A stretch of 64,000 nt of DNA. It comes from Alistipes sp. Zagget8. GTDB lineage: Bacteria; Bacteroidota; Bacteroidia; Bacteroidales; Rikenellaceae. The stretch covers positions 66,810 to 130,809 of the forward strand of contig MSHJ01000009.1 of NCBI GenBank assembly GCA_001941065.1, in the 5' to 3' direction. This document shows, piece after piece, positions 56,969 to 64,000 of the stretch. Made by a program: the position numbers and the translations under genes. The notes under the pieces were generated by a model. That model was given only the letters and a program-made list of their open reading frames with translations, was not told the DNA's origin and did no database searches. Position 1 is the first letter of the stretch. Each line of letters starts with the position of its first letter.

Positions 56969-59227
56969 ATGAAGCAGGAGCGGTCGAAGGTTAAAAGCGA
57001 TATTCTGCTGCGGGTGAGGCTCTTATACGTGCTTTTCATCCTCGCGGGAGGCATTGTGCTCGCACGGCTCATCTGGGTGCAGCTGTTCAGCTCGGAGGTG
57101 GCCTACAACGCCGAACGCCTCGCCGGCCGCATCTTCACCGAGGAGGTGATTCCGGCCCAGCGCGGCAGCATCCTTTCGCGCGACGGCGAACCCCTCGCCA
57201 CGTCGATATTCCGCTATCAGGCCGCCTTCGACTTTGCCTCGCCGGGGCTCGATTCGCTCAAAACCTTCCGGGAGCAGGCCGACTCGCTGGCCAAACTGCT
57301 GGCGGCCTTTTTCCGGGACGAACCCGCTTCGGCCTACGCTAAAAAGTTCCGCGAGGAGCATGCCCGCCGCTACCGGCTGGTCAATGCCCGCGACACCTCC
57401 TACCTGCGTTCCGAAGGGTGGTTTTCGCGCATGATGGACCGGATGCGGGGCGAGGAATATGTCAAACGCCGCATTTACGACACGATCCGCGACCATACGC
57501 CCGTCACGATCTTTCCCCGCGAGGTGGATTTCGCCGAGTGGGAGACCCTGCGGCGCTATCCGCTGCTGAACTGGAACATGGGCATGGTCTACCGGCTGAT
57601 CGAGCGCGACGAGCGCATCTACCCGCAGGGAGAGCTGGCCCGGCGCACCATCGGACTGACGGGCGACAAGGGTAACTACGGCATCGAGGAGGCCTACCGC
57701 GAGGAGCTGGCCGGACGCGACGGCAAGGCCGTGCGGCAGCGCATCGCCCGCGGCTTCTACGGACGTGTGGCGGGCGGCGACCATGTGGACCCGGTGGACG
57801 GTTACGACGTGGTGACGACGCTCGACCTCGACCTGCAGGACGTGGCCGACAAGGCCCTGCGGCGGCAGTTGGAGACGCAGAACGCCCGGTGGGGCACGAC
57901 GATCGTGATGGAGGTCCGCACGGGCGAGGTACTGGCGATGGTGAACCTCGGGCGCAATGCCGACGGGACCTTTGCCGAACGGGAAAACTACGCCCTGAGC
58001 CGCAGCATGGAGCCGGGTTCGACTTTCAAGCTGGCGACGATGCTCACGTTGCTGGACGATGCCAAAATGCCGCCCTCGACGGTTTACGACACCCACAACG
58101 GCGATCCAGTGACGGTGGGTCCGGCCAAAAATATCCGCGACTCGCACCGCGGCGACCGCGAAATCGACTTCCGGCGTGCCGTGGCTTCGTCGTCGAACGT
58201 CTATTTCGCCAAGGCGATCTGGGACCGTTACGGGATTACGGGCAAGAAACAGGAGTACAGCGATTTCCTCCGCAAGGAGCTGCATCTGGGCGAAACCGTC
58301 GGGCTGGAGCGTCTCGGGGAGCGGAAACCCTCGATTACGACGGACTGGAAGGTTCCCGACCCGGGGGTGATGCTCGTCAAGATGGCCTACGGCTACCGTG
58401 TGCGGATGGCTCCGATTCAGGTCATCACCTTCTACAACGCCATCGCCAACGGCGGAAAGATGATTTCCCCGGTGCTGGTGCGCGAACTGCGCCGCGGCGA
58501 ACGCGTCGAGGAGGAGTTCGAGAGCCGGACCATCGCCTCGTCGATCGCTTCGCGGTCGGCCCTGCGCGAAATACACGCCTGCCTGCAGGCAGTCTGCACG
58601 GAGGGCACGGCCAGCGCCTTTTTCCGCGATACGACCCGTGTCCGCGTGGCGGCCAAGACCGGTACGGCGCAGATCACCTCGCCCACCGAGGGCGGGCGGC
58701 CCTATCTGGGTTCGATGGTGGCCTATTTCCCGGCCGATGAACCCCGCTACACGGTGCTCACGACCATCGAGACCCGTGCGCAGCCCGGAAAAGCCTATTA
58801 CGGAGGTCCGCTGGCGGGCCCCGTCGTGAAGCGCATGGTCGACTATATCTACAATCGCGGCCACGACTGGTATGCCCGGATCGACGACGACGGGCCGCGC
58901 CGCTATCCCGAGCGGATAAAGGGCGGCGACATCGTGCAGGTCCGCCGCGTGGCCGACAAACTCGCGCGCCGCACCTCGTTCGACAGCCGCACGGGGTGGG
59001 GACGCGCCGCGGTGGACAGCCTCTCGAACGTCTCGATCACGAGTCTGCCCGAAGACCGGGGCGTGATGCCCGACGTGCGCGGCATGGGGCTCAAGGACGC
59101 CCTGTTCATTCTCGAAAGCCGCGGCCTGAAGGTTCGTTTTTCGGGACAAGGGGCCGTGGTGCAGCAAACGATCCCCGCCGGAGCCCGTATCTCACCGGGT
59201 GCGGCGGTAACCATAACGTTGAAATGA
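56969..59227 (+). CDS. ftsI: class B penicillin-binding protein FtsI/PBP3 with C-terminal PASTA domain
   Basis: RGSI, EPGSTFK (SxxK), SSN, KTGTAQ, MPDVRGM. Confidence 0.92.
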   Translation: MKQERSKVKSDILLRVRLLYVLFILAGGIVLARLIWVQLFSSEVAYNAERLAGRIFTEEVIPAQRGSILSRDGEPLATSIFRYQAAFDFASPGLDSLKTFREQADSLAKLLAAFFRDEPASAYAKKFREEHARRYRLVNARDTSYLRSEGWFSRMMDRMRGEEYVKRRIYDTIRDHTPVTIFPREVDFAEWETLRRYPLLNWNMGMVYRLIERDERIYPQGELARRTIGLTGDKGNYGIEEAYREELAGRDGKAVRQRIARGFYGRVAGGDHVDPVDGYDVVTTLDLDLQDVADKALRRQLETQNARWGTTIVMEVRTGEVLAMVNLGRNADGTFAERENYALSRSMEPGSTFKLATMLTLLDDAKMPPSTVYDTHNGDPVTVGPAKNIRDSHRGDREIDFRRAVASSSNVYFAKAIWDRYGITGKKQEYSDFLRKELHLGETVGLERLGERKPSITTDWKVPDPGVMLVKMAYGYRVRMAPIQVITFYNAIANGGKMISPVLVRELRRGERVEEEFESRTIASSIASRSALREIHACLQAVCTEGTASAFFRDTTRVRVAAKTGTAQITSPTEGGRPYLGSMVAYFPADEPRYTVLTTIETRAQPGKAYYGGPLAGPVVKRMVDYIYNRGHDWYARIDDDGPRRYPERIKGGDIVQVRRVADKLARRTSFDSRTGWGRAAVDSLSNVSITSLPEDRGVMPDVRGMGLKDALFILESRGLKVRFSGQGAVVQQTIPAGARISPGAAVTITLK

Positions 59228-59228
59228 A

Positions 59229-60683
59229 ATGAAAAAACTGGCTGAATTACTGAAAAATACGCCGGTGAAGGCGCTGCACGGCGACGGTTCGACGCCGGTG
59301 GCCGGACTGGTCTACGATTCGCGGACGGTGAAGCCCGGCGATTGCTTCTTCGCCGTTCGGGGCACGCAGAGCGACGGCCACGACTACATCCCCGCGGCCC
59401 TTGCGAAAGGCGCCGCGGCGGTGGTCTGCGAGCGGATGCCCGACGCCCCGGTGGAAGGCGTTGCGTGGGTCGTGGTCGAAGATTCGGCAGGGGCGATGGC
59501 CGACATGGCCGCGGCTTTCTGCGACTATCCGAGCCGCGAACTGAAACTGGTGGGCATTACCGGGACCAACGGCAAGACCACGACCGTGACGCTGTTGTAC
59601 GACCTCGTGCGGGCCATGGGCTACAAGGCCGGGCTGATCTCGACGGTGGTCTACAAGATCGACGGCCGCGAGGTCGAATCGACCCACACGACCCCCGACC
59701 CGATTCGCCTGAACGCGATGATGCGCGAGATGGCCGACGCCGGGTGCGAATTCTGCTTCATGGAGTGTTCGTCGCACGCTATCGTGCAGGAGCGCACGCG
59801 AGGCCTCGATTTCGCCGGCGGCATCTTCTCCAACATCACCCACGACCACCTCGACTACCACAAGACTTTCGCCGAATACATCCGGGCCAAGAAACTCTTC
59901 TTCGACGGGTTGCCTAAGGGGGCTTTTGCGCTGACGAACGCCGACGACCGCAACGGCCGCGTGATGGTGCAGAACACGGCGGCCTCGGTGAGCACCTACT
60001 CGCTGCGTGCGATGGCTGATTTCCGCTGCAAGATCGTCGAGATGCACCTCGACGGCATGTTGCTGCGCATCGACGGTCAGGAGCTGTGGGTGGGGTTGCT
60101 GGGGCGGTTCAATGCCTACAACTTGCTGGCGGTCTACGGCGCGGCGGTGCTGCTGGGACTCGACCGGGGCGAGGTGCTGCGTGTGCTGAGCGTGCTGCAC
60201 GCCGTGAGCGGCCGCTTCGAGAAAATACGCGCGGCGAACGGCACGACGGCCATCGTGGACTACGCCCACACGCCCGATGCACTGGAGAACGTGATCCAGA
60301 CCATCGAGGAGATTCGCACGCCCGAACAGCAGCTGATCGTGGTGTGCGGCTGCGGCGGCGACCGCGACCGGACCAAGCGTCCCGAGATGGCGCAGATCGC
60401 CGTGAAATACGCCACGACGGCGATTTTCACGTCGGACAACCCGCGCCACGAGTCTCCCGAGGCGATTCTCGACGACATGGCCGCGGGGCTCGATCCCGGG
60501 GTGCGTTACCTGCGCATCGCCGACCGGGCCGAGGCCATTCGCACGGCCGTGATGCTCTCGCGCCCGGGCGACATTCTCCTCGTGGCGGGCAAGGGGCACG
60601 AGACCTACCAGATCGTCGGCGACGTGAAACACCATTTCGACGACCGGGAAGAGGTCCGAAAAAGTTTTGAATGTTTCAATTAA
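59229..60683 (+). CDS. murE: UDP-MurNAc-Ala-Glu--diaminopimelate ligase
   Basis: GITGTNGKTT, HTTPDP, DHLDYH, VDYAHTPD, DNPR (mDAP-type), AGKGHETYQ. Confidence 0.97.
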   Translation: MKKLAELLKNTPVKALHGDGSTPVAGLVYDSRTVKPGDCFFAVRGTQSDGHDYIPAALAKGAAAVVCERMPDAPVEGVAWVVVEDSAGAMADMAAAFCDYPSRELKLVGITGTNGKTTTVTLLYDLVRAMGYKAGLISTVVYKIDGREVESTHTTPDPIRLNAMMREMADAGCEFCFMECSSHAIVQERTRGLDFAGGIFSNITHDHLDYHKTFAEYIRAKKLFFDGLPKGAFALTNADDRNGRVMVQNTAASVSTYSLRAMADFRCKIVEMHLDGMLLRIDGQELWVGLLGRFNAYNLLAVYGAAVLLGLDRGEVLRVLSVLHAVSGRFEKIRAANGTTAIVDYAHTPDALENVIQTIEEIRTPEQQLIVVCGCGGDRDRTKRPEMAQIAVKYATTAIFTSDNPRHESPEAILDDMAAGLDPGVRYLRIADRAEAIRTAVMLSRPGDILLVAGKGHETYQIVGDVKHHFDDREEVRKSFECFN

Positions 60684-60696
60684 AAAACAATTTGCT

Positions 60697-61923
60697 ATGG
60701 AACATGATGTATTTATAAGCTATTCTTCAAAAAATTCAGATACGGCAAATGCCATTTGTCATGTATTGGAAGAAAATAAAATAAAATGCTGGATAGCACC
60801 CCGAAATATTCAGCCAGGAAGCGATTATGCGGACTGCATTGACAATGCAATTAGTACGTGTAAAATATTTATTCTGGTTTTTTCCGCTCCATCACAAGAA
60901 TCGAAATGGGTAAAGGGAGAGCTAAATGTAGCTTTTGATTCAAATAAAATAATTATTCCTTTTAAAGTTGAGAATGTCTCCTTACATGGCGCAATGAGGG
61001 TAATTCTTAATGATAAGCATTGGCTTGACGCATACCCGAATCCGGAAATAAAATTTAGGGAGCTTGTTGTTCTTTCAAAAAGATTATTAAAAGAGGATTT
61101 ATCAGATAATATTTTTTCACCAACATATGATGCAAAGAGAACAATCTCGTCACCGCTTGAAAATAACGTTACTTTCTGGTCTCTTATCAAACGGATGTTT
61201 GTAACTAAGAAAGTTAGAATCATGAGTAATAAACCTTGTTTGATTCGTGTCAATGGAGGCAAAAAGGAAAATACCCCAAAGGATACCCTGAAAATGATAA
61301 ATGTCAAAGACGATATTGTGGATATTGAGGTTGTTAGTGAAGAATACAAAAATGTAAAACTATATTATACAATAAATTTGAATGAGCTTGGATATCAGAT
61401 TTTTCGGATAGATCTTGCAAAAGAGGAAAAGAAATATTTGATGGAACGGGCCAATAAAGGCGGTACATACGAATTAAATGCTTTAGGTATAACTTTCTTA
61501 GATGAGGGGAATTATGCAGAAGCACAACAATGTTTTTTGAAAGCATCCAATAAGGGAGAGGCTGCGGCCTCTTATAATCTGGGAATGATGTATCATTATG
61601 GAAAGGGAGTTGAAAAAGATTATTCGACAAGCATGGAATTCTACAATATGGCAATTAAAGATAATTATCCATTGGCTTTGAATAATTTGGGGTCAATGTA
61701 CTATAATGGAGAAGGCGTCCAAAAAGATTTAAAGAAAGCGTATGAGTTATTTTACAAGGCTGCTGAACGAGATTTGGAAAATGCGCAATTTACTGTAGCC
61801 TCTATGCTTTTTTATGGTCAAGGTGTAGATGTTGATAAAGAAAAGGCCAAGTTTTGGTTTCAGAGGGCTGCCCAACAGGGGAGCTCTGAAGCGCAGAAAT
61901 ATTTAAATTCATGGAATAATTAA
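60697..61923 (+). CDS. TIR-domain protein with C-terminal Sel1-like repeats, AT-rich insertion
   Basis: HDVFISYS...CWIAPRNI...SKWVKGEL...IIIPF (TIR_2-like with conserved Glu); about four SLR units ([32 protein letters not shown], ...). Confidence 0.9.
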   Translation: MEHDVFISYSSKNSDTANAICHVLEENKIKCWIAPRNIQPGSDYADCIDNAISTCKIFILVFSAPSQESKWVKGELNVAFDSNKIIIPFKVENVSLHGAMRVILNDKHWLDAYPNPEIKFRELVVLSKRLLKEDLSDNIFSPTYDAKRTISSPLENNVTFWSLIKRMFVTKKVRIMSNKPCLIRVNGGKKENTPKDTLKMINVKDDIVDIEVVSEEYKNVKLYYTINLNELGYQIFRIDLAKEEKKYLMERANKGGTYELNALGITFLDEGNYAEAQQCFLKASNKGEAAASYNLGMMYHYGKGVEKDYSTSMEFYNMAIKDNYPLALNNLGSMYYNGEGVQKDLKKAYELFYKAAERDLENAQFTVASMLFYGQGVDVDKEKAKFWFQRAAQQGSSEAQKYLNSWNN

Positions 61924-61930
61924 TTACACG

Positions 61931-63175
61931 ATGCTTTACCATCTTTTCAGGTATCTGGACGAAGCCTATAACCTGCCCGGTTCGGGTATGTTCCAGTACC
62001 TCTCCTTCCGGGCTGCGGCGGCCATCATCCTGTCGCTGCTGATCGTCATCATTTTCGGACGTTCGATCATCGATTTTTTGCGCCGCAAGCAGATCGGCGA
62101 GGACATCCGCGACCTCGGGCTGCAGGGCCAGCTGCAGAAGAAAGGCACCCCCACGATGGGCGGTGTCATCATCCTCATCGCCATCCTGGTCCCGATGCTG
62201 CTCGTCGGTAAACTGGACAATGTCTACATTCAGCTGATGCTGGTCTCGACCGTCTGGCTGGGGCTGATCGGCGGCCTGGACGATTACATCAAGGTCTTCC
62301 GCCACCGCAAGGAGGGGCTGAAGGGACGTTTCAAGATCGTGGGGCAGGTGGGCCTCGGCATCATCGTCGGCACGACGATGTGGATGTCGCCCGACATCGT
62401 CGTCCGCGAAAAGGTCACGCAGCCCGTGCAGACGGTCTACATGGATGCCGACGGCACGGTGGTAGGCAGCGTCCAGCGCAATGTGGTGCTCAGTTCCGAG
62501 AGCCTCAAGACCACGCAGACGACCATTCCCTTCGTCAAGAACAACGAGTTCGACTACGGCTGGCTGACGGGCGGAAATCCCGTCGCGACGTGGCTGCTGT
62601 ACATGCTGGTGGCGATTTTCGTGGTGACGGCCGTGTCGAACGGCGCCAACCTCACCGATGGGTTGGACGGACTGGCCACGGGCGTGTCGGTGCCGATCGT
62701 CGCGGTGCTGGGGGCATTGGCCTACCTTTCGGGACACATCGTCTATGCCGACTACCTCAACATCATGTATATCCCCGACAGCGGCGAGCTGGTGGTCTTT
62801 GCCGCGGCGCTCGTCGGTGCGCTGGTGGGTTTCCTGTGGTACAACTCCTTCCCGGCGCAGATTTTCATGGGCGACACCGGGTCGCTGGCCATCGGCGGCA
62901 TCATCGCCGTCTTCGCCCTCTGCATCCGCAAGGAGCTGCTGCTGCCGCTGCTGTGCGGCGTGTTCCTGGTGGAGAGTTTCTCGGTGATGATGCAGGTCAG
63001 CTACTTTAAATACACCAAACGCCGCTACGGCGAGGGCCGGCGCATCCTGCTGATGTCGCCGATCCACCACCACTACCAGAAAAAGGGCATCTTCGAAACC
63101 AAGATCGTCCTGCGCTTCTGGATCATTTCGCTGCTGCTGGCGGCCATTACGTTGGTAACGTTGAAGATAAGGTAA
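61931..63175 (+). CDS. mraY: phospho-N-acetylmuramoyl-pentapeptide transferase
   Basis: [38 protein letters not shown]. Confidence 0.97.
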   Translation: MLYHLFRYLDEAYNLPGSGMFQYLSFRAAAAIILSLLIVIIFGRSIIDFLRRKQIGEDIRDLGLQGQLQKKGTPTMGGVIILIAILVPMLLVGKLDNVYIQLMLVSTVWLGLIGGLDDYIKVFRHRKEGLKGRFKIVGQVGLGIIVGTTMWMSPDIVVREKVTQPVQTVYMDADGTVVGSVQRNVVLSSESLKTTQTTIPFVKNNEFDYGWLTGGNPVATWLLYMLVAIFVVTAVSNGANLTDGLDGLATGVSVPIVAVLGALAYLSGHIVYADYLNIMYIPDSGELVVFAAALVGALVGFLWYNSFPAQIFMGDTGSLAIGGIIAVFALCIRKELLLPLLCGVFLVESFSVMMQVSYFKYTKRRYGEGRRILLMSPIHHHYQKKGIFETKIVLRFWIISLLLAAITLVTLKIR

Positions 63176-63176
63176 T

Positions 63177-64000
63177 ATGAAACAAATTGTCGTTCTGGGC
63201 GGGGGAATCAGCGGTTACGGTTCCGCTATCCTCGCCAAAAAGAAGGGGTTCGGGGTCTTTCTCTCCGATGCGGGGCGCATTGCCGACCGCTACAAGGCCA
63301 AACTGGACGAATGGGGCGTTCCTTACGAGGAGGGCGGCCACAGCGAGGAGCGCATCCTCGCGGCCACGGAGGTCGTGAAATCCCCCGGCATTCCCGATAC
63401 GGCGCCCATCGTGTGCAAAATCCGCGCGGCGGGCATCCCGGTGATCTCCGAAATGGAGTTCGCGGGTCGCTATATGGGCAAGGCCCGGTGTATCTGCATC
63501 ACGGGTTCGAACGGCAAAACCACCACCACGTCGCTCATCTACAAGATCATGCGCGACGCCGGGATGAACGTCGCCCTGGGCGGCAACATCGGCGAGAGCT
63601 TCGCCTGGTCGGTCGCCACGGGGTCGTACGACTGGTATGTGCTGGAGCTGAGTTCGTTCCAGCTGGACGGTATGTACAGGTTCCGGGCGCATATCGGCGT
63701 GCTGATGAACATCACGCCCGACCACCTCGACCGCTACGACCATTGCTTCCAGAATTATGTCGATGCCAAGATGCGCATCACGCAAAATATGACCTCGCGC
63801 GACTGGTTCGTCTATTCGGGCGACGACGAGGTTATCCGGGAGCAGCTTCCGAAATACGATTTCCGGATGCGGCAGCTGCCGTTCATGGCGCACACCGCCG
63901 TGGCGAGCGGCGCAGGCGATGCGTTCCTGTGCGACGGGAAGTTCACGGCGACGGCCGGCAAGGCGTCGGTGGAGATCGACACCGCGAAACTGCAAATCAA
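63177..64000 (+). CDS. murD: UDP-MurNAc-Ala--D-glutamate ligase; 3' end runs off the window
   Basis: Manual translation: MKQIVVLGGGISGYGSA, KSPGIP, ITGSNGKTTT, GGNIG, ELSSFQL, NITPDHLDRY. Confidence 0.96.
   Translation, partial: MKQIVVLGGGISGYGSAILAKKKGFGVFLSDAGRIADRYKAKLDEWGVPYEEGGHSEERILAATEVVKSPGIPDTAPIVCKIRAAGIPVISEMEFAGRYMGKARCICITGSNGKTTTTSLIYKIMRDAGMNVALGGNIGESFAWSVATGSYDWYVLELSSFQLDGMYRFRAHIGVLMNITPDHLDRYDHCFQNYVDAKMRITQNMTSRDWFVYSGDDEVIREQLPKYDFRMRQLPFMAHTAVASGAGDAFLCDGKFTATAGKASVEIDTAKLQI

Noticed and set aside
60678-61923. AATTAA at both ends of the TIR gene as a target-site duplication
   Set aside because: Both copies simply contain TAA stop codons in AT-rich sequence; too short to be significant.

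Overview
GC-rich Bacteroidota chromosome segment. An Alistipes/Rikenellaceae-like origin is inferred from gene style and TAnnTTTG promoters. Housekeeping genes (mnmG, ybeY, pheS, pgk and the dcw cluster rsmH-ftsL-ftsI-murE-mraY-murD) surround a ~29 kb polysaccharide utilisation locus (PUL, ~9.6-38.9 kb). The PUL encodes uxuA plus a mannonate oxidoreductase, a GH88-DUF2264/GH154 fusion, SusC/SusD, an unassigned clan GH-A enzyme, four SASA acetylesterases, GH2, a GH50-like lipoprotein, a tandem CE15 protein and a BACON lipoprotein. Main observations: (1) the PUL's hybrid two-component regulator (HTCS) is broken at a C11 run, and six PUL promoters share a weak direct-repeat site exactly 35 bp upstream of the -7 element, so one homopolymer may switch the whole locus; (2) an AT-rich TIR-Sel1 gene sits between murE and mraY; (3) an RteA/RteB-like pair is followed by a TTCCACAC enhancer array and a sigma54-type promoter in front of a tiny secreted acidic protein; (4) a lipoprotein with GT80 sialyltransferase-like motifs carries a G9 run; (5) a REP-like palindromic repeat family shows compensatory base changes. 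No rRNA, tRNA, CRISPR array, integrase or transposase was recognised. All family calls come from visual motif recognition, not database searches.
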